Below are positions 45,206 through 58,089 of a stretch of DNA of 64,000 bases, one piece after another. This stretch comes from Basidiobolus meristosporus CBS 931.73. Lineage: Eukaryota; Fungi; Basidiobolomycota. The notes beneath the pieces were generated by a model. The model was not told where the DNA came from, did not search any database, and worked only from the letters and a program-made list of their open reading frames with translations. The position numbers were made by a program, and so were the translations under genes. Numbering within the stretch: position 1 is the stretch's first letter; every line of letters starts with the position of its first letter. The DNA lies in assembly GCA_002104905.1 (NCBI GenBank), contig MCFE01000431.1, positions 1 through 64,000 of the forward strand, read 5' to 3'.

Positions 45206-48200
45206 GTAGAATCTTTACGTGGCTTAGGTCAATGAATAAATTCACAAGTGAGACTTGGATGGGAAAGCAGGTTACGAAAGCCATCCTCTTATACTAAATT
45301 GGTTGTTTATGAGCTCTATGCGACTACCTACCTACCACGTCGTTATTGGAACATTCTCAACCCAAGTTCAAAATGAATGGTGCCATTTCAGACATGACCT
45401 AAATCGTGAAATGATTGGATCCTCTAGAATAGGGTCCACCAAATCGAATTCACGTTGATGAGGGTACAGTTTGATTCTGATCAGTAAAAATGCACCTTGA
45501 ACTCGGTTCCAATAAGTACGATCGCCTTTGGAATTCCAATGCCAGCTTTACCATGAGGATCATGCGAAGGTTCTCGCAGTGAAGGTGCTTCTGGGTGTTC
45601 AGTGGCTACCATTACTGCTGTCGCCCGCTACCATGAGTATGGCCCTGGTGAAGGCCGATTTGATGACCGGTTGCACATCTGGCATATGAAATATTTGGCG
45701 GGGCAGAAAGGCTGTGCTTTCTACACTAGCTAATTCACCATTGGGTTAATGAATAGCTTCCTGTAGTATATTATTACTACTACCAGTCTGAGACAAAGTA
45801 GGACTTCGAGCGATCGTGCAGCGAATCAGAATGATTGCTGTGCATGCCTATCACCGAAAGTAGTAAGGCTTCTCAGTTCTTTTGGGAATTCCGGTGATTT
45901 CAATAGATAGATAACACGCTGCTTTAAAGATCTGGCAATCTTGCTAACATACAGTTACGTGTCTCTGATGAACTTTATTTTTGTTAGCAGTCCCGCATTG
46001 GGCCTGATGTACATTGCGCAATCGTGAGGCGGGGGCTAATTCGTTGATCAGCTAGCCGCGGCCAATGGACTCGTATCGTGAGCATTTTGATGGAAATGCC
46101 ATGGTTCGATTACATTTTGAGGTGTTTCCTTCGACTATTCTAAATTCCGAGGGATGAGACAGCGGGCCTGACTAGCACTCATTGATTGGCCTAAGGTTTT
46201 GATCACGCAGTTGGAATCATAACAATTCTTCGTTGAAGTAGTGCTAGGAAATTGCCCAAGAATATCATTTCCCTTAGCCAACGGTTAGGTTGGGATGAAT
46301 GTACACTTGGATGAATAGAGCCAGGTCTAGAGAACATTCCTGTCCATCTTGCCACGTTGCCACGATGGTCTGCTGATTCTCTCTGAATGATTCGGAAAGC
46401 GTTCACGAGCTCTGCCCACATTATTGGAACTTCGACCATCCTTCCAGAAGGGATGGGTGATGCTTGCCATCTCGCCCCTCGTTGCAAACAATATTCAAAG
46501 CCCGCCCAATGACCATGTCTCCGGTATTTAGAGAATGCAAACTCGGTAAATACGTCCGCCTATCCTGGTGAAAGTTCCAGTGAGGTGGGTGGCAGCATCC
46601 CGGGGAACTTGCATTTAGGAAACTGATTAGAGATGAGCGTGGAATAGAAATGGTGGATTATCCGGCATGAAACAGCACCCACTCTGAGAGGTCATGAGAG
46701 ATGGCCAATCTACAACAGTGTCGTAATTCAGGTCAAACAACATGCGATACTGGATAGGAGTACACCATACGCCACCGTAACCTAGTCCGCCACATAGTCA
46801 TGAAACCTGGCTATATATGTAGATTTCGAAACGATGGATTTCCCACCTAGCCGAGTGACCCTGGGTTGACCGTAACAAGACTAATCTTGGTAAGATGCAC
46901 GCGGCAATGATTCAGCCCACCTTGCCATCAGCCCTGGCCGCCGTAGACATAGCGTGGGACATCCAGCGGTGTTCATCCGCCCATTTGTCAGCCGTTAGGG
47001 ACTGCACCAATGTGTACGGATAATTTAGGAGATGTAATCACTGCCCGGATATCCCTGAAATGGAAAACCATTCGGCAAGCGTTCTGGCTGCCTATTTCTA
47101 CATATCGGCTTGGTGCAAAGCATGGCGACGGTGGTCACTCTCCACCAATACTTGTCGGCCGAGTGAGGCACTGGAATTCCATCTCCCACCTAACCTAACG
47201 TCGGTTGGGTCCCGCACGCGAACGAGATTCGCCGCGCATTCCTGAATGCTTCCCACCCGGCCCCTGATTCAAAACCCCATTTCATTCCACGCCCACATCC
47301 ATGGTCACGTTCATGTCCGATTCCATGAGGCTCAGCCATCAAAGATGGGGATACCCAAGACCGGTGGCCAGAGGGGAGAGTTTGGAAGAGATCTCACTGA
47401 TCGTTGGTTTGGCCCCGGTCACACATGGGCCAACCTGCTTTATTAGTATTAGGGGGAACCTTGGTGACGCTGGGGCCTTGCCTTTGATCATTCTCTGCAG
47501 GGTCGTGGAAGCTGGTCCAATCTCCCCTGTCGATGGACTAGAGCGTTCATTGAGATCGTTACGAAAGGCCTTTCCGCTTGATACCCAAGTCTTGACTTGG
47601 GTTGCTCAATGGGGGTCGGGGCTCGTTTGTCCCATGGGTACTGTGTTCCGCGGAACACCTAACCTTTGGGCCACCGATCCCAGGACATCGGTAATACGGT
47701 GTAAAGGGTTGGGGGATCTCAGGCCTCCTCTAAAAGAATTGCTCGCTCACCAATAGAGGTGGCCAAGGCGCCAATGCACACAGCATTCGAGGATTTCACG
47801 TGGTAATCCAGGGAAAACCCCAATGTATTGGATCCGAATTCACCGCCCCCTTGATTTGTACCAAAGTCCTAAGCTAGCTGAAACTGTCCTCTGGAAAAGG
47901 CCGGCAGTCACCACGTGACTAGCGATCCTGGGAATGGGAGGGGCATATGTTGAGGTACCTCGATTTATCCAAGTACAGCAATAACGGGAATGTGTTCCTC
48001 GCTAGAGTTGAATGGTTAGAAGGGCGTATCAACTTGGGTACATGAAACACTCATCCCTGTCCGAGTAAAGGTCGATTCACACGTTACACTTGTTTGGGAG
48101 CCAGACGCGCGCCATAGACCGCGCACATATCACCAACAGACCCTCATATATGAAAGAAGAAACAGAGTGCCGGGATCCCGTGTTGCTCAGACCTAGAGGC

Positions 48201-50549
48201 TCGGGAGTGCTGAGATTGCGAAGCATGTCATGTCCCAGGTATTTAGTAGCTCAGAAAGAGCTATACTGGAGCTATGTTAAGCTGGAGGACCAGGGGAATG
48301 ATTGGTGTGGTGCCTAGGTCGATCAGCATCCATGCATAGTCATCTGTGGATAGTTACCCGCGCTGCGGATGAGTGGGGATTTCGAAACTAGGGGCACGGA
48401 GGGCTGTCAAAGTACTGCTTTCGTTATGTCCGACATCTCATGACCTCCCAACAATCCGACTCTCCTTATTTCTCGGAGGTACAGGCAAATGGTATACTCT
48501 TGATTGGAATTGTTCCACCAGGTGTTAATCTTCACCTGCTTTTGGGTCGTTCGGAAGTGCACTCCGTGGGTGGCATTACTCGTGTGCTTCCTACCAACCG
48601 TCATCACCGCTGGCCAGTGATGAAATCTCCCCCAACATGCTCATCACTGCCCGCCCAATCCATGAACGCGTGATCATCTACACCAGCGCCGCTATTATAA
48701 GGGATTCGAGTAGTCGAGCACCGAGGCTGGTGTCCGAAAAATCTTGATATCGAAGGGGGTCTAGATGGTGATGTGGGGAAGACACCGAATCTGAGTCCAC
48801 CGTGATTGATGCAGGATGCGCGGCATGCACCCTCGTACATCTGGGAATCCGGGTGGCCAGCATCAAAACCGTGAGTCAGCCCGATGGAATGATGTCCCAC
48901 TTCTCAATCAGTGATGTGCTTCCCAATGGTCGTGTTGGATGATCGTCATGATTTCCTTCCGATTCGGGATGCTTGGCTTGGCGGCCCATATGAACATGTT
49001 TCGGAGGGCAGCCAGGTATTGGTGGTCGCAAGATCATCGCTCGGATCCATCTTGGATCCGTGGAAAGGTTGTGGCTAACTGCGGTACCCTCGGTAGCACC
49101 AGAAATGGGTGGACTCCACCATTTTGGGGCTATCGTCAGCATTTGGTCATGGATTCCCGCACAACTCATATTCAGGAGGATCCCGTAGAAACGATTCTCG
49201 CCAAGCGGTGGGGAGGGGGGGTAGGAGAAATGGTTGTGCATTGAGCATGTCCATCTTCCGTTCCGCCCCCCTCGCCGCCTTCCAACAGTGGCCCATAGGT
49301 TACAATGAAGGAATCAAGGGCTGAATTTCCGGATGACTTCTTCACACCTCACCATCTCACAATAATCCCGAGGCCCCAGATTGTTCACTAGCCAGCGTGG
49401 AGTCGGTGAAGTGAAAAACGGTGGCTTCCATTACCACTCCATACAGACTCGTTCTTACTTCTAGGCGCCCATGTGAGGTGCTTTGAAGATACGGTGACTA
49501 TAAGTACTCCCGTTTCACATGCCCAGTCTGCTGCCCCACCGGTCGAGTGGCCGCCATATAGGATCTTGGCCTTCGTATTTTACAGCGCTGTGGCTGACAT
49601 CCTGTTGGATTGGGTTGAGCTGATTGGCGTCCAATGCTTATTTATCGGGATTCTTGGAGACTGTCGATCGTTTACCGTCTCGGCGGATTCGTAGTGGGGG
49701 AAGTACACGGAGCGGGATGCCACCTTGTGTCGTATCGTGGGCAAACCCGGGGGAGTACAATCCGGTCCCTTGCGCACATTCACCTCTTGGAGATGCACGA
49801 TGTTTCTCGTTGGGCCCTCTAGCTGGGCAAGCCCTCTCTGCGCGAAGTATAACCAATGACTGGAGTATGAGGAGACTGGTGGGCTTGCTCCTTGAGAGGT
49901 TTCCCAGGCCCAAGTGAATCCAAATACGTGGCTATGTATCCGTCCCTGCGTTGACTGGTGGAGTCAAAGTGATGGTCAAGTCTAGATTCTCGAGGATGCC
50001 CAGGTTGAGAAGTCGATGGTTTCCAACAGGATCCAGTCTGATTTGCATGGATCCGAAGTATTCGCGGTGAAAATCAGGTCTCTCGTTTGGTATATAATGT
50101 ATGCAAAACACGACCATCTCTTGGCAGCCTTATCGATCACTGATGGGTATGGCGGCATAGAATGTGGAAGACAATCTTGATGATGCAAATGCCTCTGATC
50201 CGGGGTGTTGAGTGATGTTTGTATCGGCCACCACTGCTCTATTCACTCTGGGTACAAGTAGCTGCTCCCTGCTCAATATATGCTGGCAATATTCAAGTGC
50301 ATTCTCTTCAGCACCGGGCAAGAAGATGTGCTATAACATCTTGATGTGCATATTCCTGCCCCAAAGTTCCACCATAAGCATTTTGATACATGTGTGGTAT
50401 GTTCGCTTTGTTGCTTTGCTCACTGGTGGGATCTGCTCCCTCTACAGTGGGGAGGTGGGGGCTGGAGTAGAAAGAGTGCCTCACTCCAAAAGCTCACCAA
50501 CCTGACTGGAGTATTGTTCACCTGGCTGCACTTCAATCTCCTGTGAAAA

Positions 50550-52850
50550 TAGCTGTTGTCTTATTGGTAATTCTTCCTGGCTAGTGTGGGACTTGGACTG
50601 TTGTTGGCTGACAGCATTGGTAATGGAAAACTGCAGCTTTTGTCTGATACTTCTCTGTTACTTGCTGGGGCATACTTTCTCTCCTTTCCCTTTGCCTTGA
50701 CTACTGCCAGTGCCTTTGCTGCTACTCTGTTGGAGTGCTTCTTGTGTTGAGCTACATATGTTTCTTGATAAGTACCACAACAATCTTTCTGTGTCTATTT
50801 GCTTCTCCCTTGTTAGCTTGCTTTCAACCACTGGATGGTTCTTTGTTACTTGTTTATAGCTCTCTGCCATACACTTAATGTGTTCTCAAGGAAGCTGCTG
50901 TTTCTTGATGTGCCATGCTTGCTCTTTTGTTCTTAATGGATTCTAGACTTCTTGAACATTTTCTAAGCAAGTATATGCACACCCAAGGTCTGTTTTCTTA
51001 TTTAAACTGAATATCCATCATGGTACAGGCTAAGTGCATTCTGCCTAGCCTTTTATTCAAGGTTTGCTAGCCTCTTTCTGATTGAGTGTCTGAGTTCTTA
51101 TCACCTCTTCATTATCAGTCTATTGACCATCCTGAAGCTAAATGGCTATTTATATTGTAAATGTCTTTTAATTTTTTGGCTTTAGTATATTTGTCACAGT
51201 TTCTCCCTCCTATGCTGCAAAGGGCCTGCCAGGTGCTTAACTAACCAGTGCATAGTACCACCCACCAACATATGTGCTCAGTCATACACTTTCAGCTTCT
51301 CTACTTCAAATACCTATAGTTTGTTGTAGATTCTGTGACTACACATTGGTATAGATCATACTTGGCCACTTGAAACAAAGTCTCCAAATCTTAGATAATT
51401 CCAGACAAATTTCCTACCAGGATATACCCAAATTCTATTTACCAAAACATCAGGTACTCAGAAATGGATGATATCAATGTACTACAAGCAGCCCCAGGCC
51501 TTGTCCCAATGCTCTGAGGTCTTTTCTCATCATTACTACTCAGGATTTGCACAAATCAAGGTTAAATAAAAGTACTACTCCTGCATTCAACAAATCACCA
51601 AGTGAGAGGAAGATAGTTTGCTGGCTGTCCCAATCACTCCCAATACACCAAGACTCTACAACAAATTATATGCCTCAACCTTTTACTTTCTGACATGTAT
51701 ATCACTGCCATTGCTGGAGCTTGTTCCTGTGCAATAAAGCAGAATGGATCCAACTTCCATTTTAGGAAGGTGAAGATGATGCTAATTCTACAGGAAAGTG
51801 GTGTTGGGTTACTGTAATGGGAGAAGAATGCCCTCCTAAAAGCATAGGAGTGGTGGACTTATAGTACCAGGGGAAAGAATGAAGCACTTTTGACCACATT
51901 ACTGTAATTTCAAGGACAAGCTGCTGACTCAAAGCCAAGGAGCAAATAATACAAGAAATGCCTGAAGGGCACTAGAAGCCCCCTTTAAGCTATGTTTGGC
52001 AACTGGAACAATACATCAGCGCAAACCTCATAGGCAAAAACCATGGCCCCCAGAGAAAGTACTCAAGACCTTTAAAGGGAGACAACACCCTTTCTTATAG
52101 CTACCACCAATGGAAGCAGCACAGGCTAGACCAATGCCTTTTAAAGAGCAACAATCAGGAAAAACATCATGAAAATAGAAGTTCCACAACTTTTAAAGAT
52201 AGAATGTTAAGATCTGCACTTAGTATGAGTTCAAACAAAGAAATACATACATGGCTTACTGAATCTGGAACATCTTAGAGATTAGCCCATCAAACACATT
52301 TTGACACAATATCTTAAAGTGCAATGAAGAACATTTTCACATGTAATGAGCCCCCTCACAAGAACCAAGGTATGACCAGCACAATAGTGTCATAATATCA
52401 GCTGAATCCCAACCTTCTCAAACTTTGTAGCATCAATATCACAGGGACCAACTATTTAGCAGAGAAGTAGGTACATCTTTCAGGAGGAAAGTTGACCAGC
52501 CAGCATTGTAACCCAAGTTTTGATCAGCTATTCCCTATCTGTACCAAGAGTAGCAACTAAAAGCATGCAGGAGAAACACCAGCTGAATGCCAGTAAGTTT
52601 TTGGTAGATTACCAGCCAAATAGCAGTAGATTATGTAATGTTTCCAAGTGGGATATTTATCATATGGGGACTAAAATTCTGAAACAAATAGGAAAGGAAC
52701 CACTCATGTAAGTCTTTGAAGTAATGAAGCATGCTGTAAACCAAACTTTAAGGTAGTACTCAATATACTAGCAATAGCCATGAGCCTACATTTGCAAACT
52801 GGATCAGAATAGCAAAGAATTAGACTTAGTTTTGACAATTCTGGGCTTCA
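50550..52850. mobile_element. CpG-depleted transposon relics; weak copia-like fragments at ~52200-52700
   Basis: CpG is lost abruptly from ~50500. WLTESGTS resembles the copia protease motif W-x-x-DSGAS. Confidence 0.5.
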
Positions 52851-52853
52851 AAT

Positions 52854-54850
52854 TGTTGCAAGATTCTTGGAGATATATATGATTCATTGAATGTAAAAGT
52901 GTATTTATACTTTTACATGGTCTTGCATTAAAAACATATAGAAAAGGTTAAAGAAGGTCCCAAGAATATGTGTGCAAAGTGTGGGGCTGTTTGGACAACT
53001 TTGAGAATTTTCATGTCCTGGGTACCTGGTATTTTGGTGAAAATATTCTAAGTAAATTCCAACAAGGAATTTGATCAGTATTCTGTAAGATTTGAAGGTA
53101 ATGATCTAAGTGACTAAGTTAGGTGAGTATTTAGGTGGAAATACAAATATTTTACAACACTCCTACTCAGCTAAATGTTCATACCAACTAGTCCTAATTT
53201 TGGCCTAAGATATTCAAACTTGTCTCTAGCTAATGTTTTTTAAATATGTCTGCAATCATTTCATCTGAAGGACAGTAAACTAAGCTAACTAAGTTATTCT
53301 CTATAGCTTCACATATGAAATGATGTCTAATAACTATATGCTTAGTTCAAGCATGAAAAGTTGAATTTCTACCCAATTGTATACATCCTTGATTATCTTG
53401 AAATAGAGTAATAGGTGTTTTTGACATAGGCCTAAATCTGTAACAAGCTTTCTTAACCACATTACTTCTTTTGTAGCTTCACAGGCTACCATATACTCCG
53501 CCTCTGTGGTAGAAAGTGCTACAGTTGGTTGCTTTCTTGAATTCCATGAAATTGTTCCTTGACAGTAAAGAAAGGTGTATCCTGTGATACATCTTCTGTC
53601 TTCTAAATTTTGTCCCCAATCAGCATTGGAGTATTCCACAAAATCCTGTCGTGAATCCTTATAAGTGTATCTTAAGCAGATATTGGCAGTTCCTTTTAGA
53701 TATCTAAAAATCCCCTTAACTGCTGCAATATGATCAGATCCATTGTTCTGATTATACTGGCTAACAACTCCCACTGAATATGAGATATCTGGACGTGTTT
53801 CAAGCATGATATATGCTAGACTGCTGACCATAGGCTGATAAGGAAAGTCAGGGCTTTCAGATTGTGTCAAGCTCTCTTGATTTTGTTGAGCTTTGACCAA
53901 GTTAAGGTTTGTCTCCATTGGGGTAGCTGCTGGTTTCCAGTCTTCCATTTGGTATCTCTTTAGTATATCTTGAATATACTTGGATTGGCTTAGGGTAATA
54001 GTTTGGATACTGCTGTCTATGGAGAACTAAATCCCTAAGTGGTAACTGAGTTCTCCTAGACTGGACATCTTGAGCACCTCAGATAGGCTGGATTTAGTCT
54101 CTTCCAATGTTTCCAGGTTATTGGTGGCTATGATAAGATCATCCACATATAGAGCTAATAGAACTGGATTTGCTCTACCTGGCTTATTGTATATACTATA
54201 GTCAGCATTACTCCTTTTGAAACTCAAAGATTCCAAATAAGAATCTATCATGCAATTCCAGGCAGTATAGTCAAGACCTTTTATGTGAGAGTATCCTTTG
54301 GCCACAAGTCTGGCTTTGCATCTTTCAATTGTACCATCAGCCTTGTATTTTGTCTTGAAGACCCATCTGCATCCAATTGACTTTTGGTTGATTGGTAACT
54401 TGACTAAGTTGCAAGTTTAATTTTCCATTAGGGCCTGACATTCCTGATTCATTGCAGATCTCCAAAACTTTGTCTGAGGGCTGTTTAGGGCCTCTTTCAG
54501 AGTCTAGGGTTCATCAATACGCACTGAATAGGCATAGGCTCAGTTTATACCCTCATTGATATAGTAATTTGGGCTATTTCTTGTCCAATTAGATCTCCAG
54601 GCATTTGATATTGGAATAATCACTTCTGGGATATTTGTCATCTGATGTCATTTTTTGTAAAAATTTTGAATTTTCATCAAGCACATATCCCTGGACTTGA
54701 GTAGCTTCTTTGCTTTGGTACCGTAGAGTCTGTATGGTTTACTCTCACTTTAGTAACCAAAAAATATGCATTTTACCTTTTTGGCTCAAATTTTGACTGA
54801 ATTCTGGGCAGTTTCTTGGCATATGCTGTGGGCCTAAATATTCTTAAAAT
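52854..54850 (-). mobile_element. 5'-truncated Ty1/copia element: 3' LTR 52854-53159, RNaseH-RT, integrase C-terminus
   Basis: LTR TGTTGCAAGA...TTTTACAACA of the same family as 27978. ORFs 53334-53948 (YSNADWG...RRCITGY...ISWNSRKQPTVALSTTEAEY) and 54027-54305 (LYVDDLII). Confidence 0.92.
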
Positions 54851-54869
54851 CAAATGACAGACTTAGTGA

Positions 54870-56640
54870 AGTATCCAATCAACCAAAGATCATTTGTATA
54901 CATGTGGGACCTTGAAAAAGCTACAAGGCTAATGGTAGAGCTGAAAGATATAAAGCAAGACTAGTGGCCAAGGAATACTCTCAAACAACAGGACTTTACA
55001 ACGCTTAGATCTTTAGGCCAACAGACAAGTTTAATACCCTCAAGTTAATAGTGGCTATTGCAGCCAAGTACAATTTTTTTATTCATCCAATGGATATAAA
55101 GACTGCATTTCTGAATGGGAAACTTAATGAGGATATGTACATAGAGCAGCCTGATGAGATTGCTGACCAAGAAAGCCCCCTATTGGTCTGAATGCTTAAT
55201 AAATCCCTAAGAAAATCTCAAACTTGAAATTCATCTGATTTTTAGCTTGTATTCTGCCAGTATTTTGCTGGTACTCAGCTGGTGTTCTGGGTCAAATATT
55301 TCAAATGCCATTTTTGATAGAAGTAATGGGCAGATAATTACCAAATTTGGCATGGATGCTAGTTTGCCTAGCCTCCTCCTGGAAGACTTGTTTGCTAGCA
55401 TGCCCATCAGCTCAGAACAGAGATACTGAGAATGGTCAACTTTGACAAACTTGTGATTCAGCTGACACTCTGATGGTATTTTGCTGGTATTTTCTCAATT
55501 TTTTCTTAGGGGAATCTCTACAGTCTGAAACAGTTACCAAGAGCCTGGAATTGCAAGATGGATTGTTAATTTGAATCCAAGAGTGTCCAAAGGAATACTG
55601 CTGACTAAAGCATCTACTATTAGCCAGACCAGGTAAATCCAGCTCTATTAACCCAACATAGGATGAACTCATTATAGCCATCAATAAACAAATATTATTG
55701 GAAGAGACAAAATCTAGCCTATCTGTGGAGTTCAAGATGTCCAATCTAGGAGTGCCCAGTTGCTACTTAGAGGTAAAGTTCTCCATAGAAGTACCCACAC
55801 TATGGCCCTAAGCCAACTCAAGAATACTCAAGATTTATTCAAGAAGTACAAAATGGTAGCCAGTAAACTTGCAGCCACCCCAATGGAGACAAACCTTAAA
55901 CCTAATCAAAATTCAGCCAAATCAAGAGAGATTGGTGCCATCTGCAGTCCCAGACTTCCCTTACCAATCTATGGCCTGTAGTCTGATGTATATTATGCCA
56001 CAAAAGTGTCCAGATATCTTACATTTGGTGGGAGTTGTCTGCCAGCATGACCTGAGCTATAATCTGATCATATTGTGGCAGTTGAACAGATTTTGGGATA
56101 CCCAAAAGGAGCTGCTGATGTTTATTTAGGATTCTCCTATTAGTATTCACATCAGGCTCTTTGAGGATACTCTGACACTAATTGGGACAATACTCAGAGT
56201 ATCTAAGATCCACCACTAGATCCACCATTCTTTAATATAACGGAGCAATTTGATGAGGTCCAAGAGAGCAGCAAACCATAACACTATCCACCACAGAGGC
56301 AGTGTATATGACAGCTTGGGAAGCTACAAAAGAAGCAATGTTGCCTAGAAATCTTTTGGAAGACTTATTCTGGTGTCAAAAAAAGCCCAAAACTTTATTT
56401 AAGATAATTAGTGACATAAACAATCAAGTAAATTTTGAATTTTCATGCTAAAGCTAAGCACATGTATATTAGACATCATTGCAAACATGAAGCTATAGAA
56501 GATAAGTTATTTAACTTGGCTTACTGTCCAACAGATGAAACAATTGCTGACATATTCACCATAACATTAGTTAGAAACAAATTTCAATAACTTAGGTTAA
56601 GCTCAGGGCCAGTCAGTAGGAACATCTGGTTAAGTGGAAG
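54870..56640 (+). mobile_element. Degenerate copia RT-RNaseH on the plus strand, with a ~300-bp insert at ~55210-55505
   Basis: RYKARLVAK, MDIKTAFLNG, SLYSLKQLPRAWN and ATPMETN. PPT-like TTAAGTGGAAG directly before TGTTG at 56641, the start of a different LTR. Confidence 0.85.
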
Positions 56641-57439
56641 TGTTGCAAAAGTCTGTAATTCCATCTTAATACTCACCTAATGCAGTCACTTATATCCTCA
56701 CCTACAAATATCAGCAAATACTGCACAAGTCAGGTTAATGGGCTTACTGAGCAACATAGCCACAGTTAATCTGCATGCTGAAATGATATCAACTTGGTCT
56801 CAAATAGTTACTATGAGCCTGTAATAGGAAGATAGATGCTTATCTGTAATGCCTGAGCCACAAGTGTGGTACTGCAAGTTATAATATCTGCTATATGCTG
56901 TATAGAACAAATCCTACACTACTTGCACTTAGTGAGGATAGTCTTATCTTAGCCACTAAAAGCCATTAGGCATTGCAAAAGACTAAACCCTGCCCATGTG
57001 AGGGGCTCATCATGTCCAATCTTTGAAGTTTAGCAACTAATTAGGGATAAAGTTTTCTCTAGACAAGAATGTGGGTTATTACTGACTGTACTTTGTAAGT
57101 GGGAGAGCTTGTAGGTCAAGTCAGTATCACTTGGCTCAGAATAGCTTCCAATAGAAGGTAGCAAGGTATTGAAGACTTGTGTTTATTCCCTCCAAATCTT
57201 CCTGTCCTCTCACTTGGCTCAATTGGATAAATATATATATCACTTGGGGGGGCTTAGATAATAGACAATATGTTATAAAATAGGGGTGTGGACACCTTCC
57301 TGTTATGGTAAGTGTGCTAACTAGATAAGGGCAGCAATAGGAGGGAGGATGTGTGGGGGAACTATAGGGAGGATATTGGGGGACTTTGGTAGGACTCTGG
57401 GGAGAACTCTTGGGCAAAGAGTGGGTACTACATTTAGTA

Positions 57440-57900
57440 CTCACAAAGAACGCTATGAACATCATCTTAAGCCAGTCCAGATACTTGCAGGATAACCTCA
57501 GGATGGAGCAAATAAGACATTGTAAACCAGCTGCTGGCCCAATTACATCAAGCCTTGACTCTGTCAGTACTTAGCCTATTCAACAGAGCTGAGCTCTGTA
57601 AAGGTCCAGACTTCTTTCACAAATGTATGGTCAGCAGTTTGATACAAACTATGCAAGGAGCATATCCAGATGTCTCTTATTTAGTAAGAATTACCAGTCA
57701 ATGTAATCAGCGCCATCAATCTGCGGATAGTGTAGCAACAAGTTAGATATTTGATGCCTAAAATGAGTTGGGGATATTTGATCAAAGAATGGCAGTAAGG
57801 ATGCAGAGGAGAATTCTTGGGTATACATTCATCCTGAATGGGATATTGCATATTTATATGGGAAAAACTGGATAATCTGAATCACTGTGTATTTGTAGCA
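57440..57900 (+). mobile_element. Highly degenerate copia RT fragment
   Basis: LSQSRYLQDNL...CKPAAGP and YPDVSYLV motifs. Confidence 0.6.
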
Positions 57901-58089
57901 ATAAAGTAGTATTTGGGCATAGAGAAACTAACAAGAAGTTGCAATAAAAGCAAAACTGTGTTCAATTATATAGAAGTTCAGTGTTTCTACCTATGTAGAA
58001 GTAATACAACTGTAACACTAAGGTTAGACAGTTTCTCAATATTCTGGAGCATAATATCACAATTTCAGGGTAATACCATAATACTCTAA

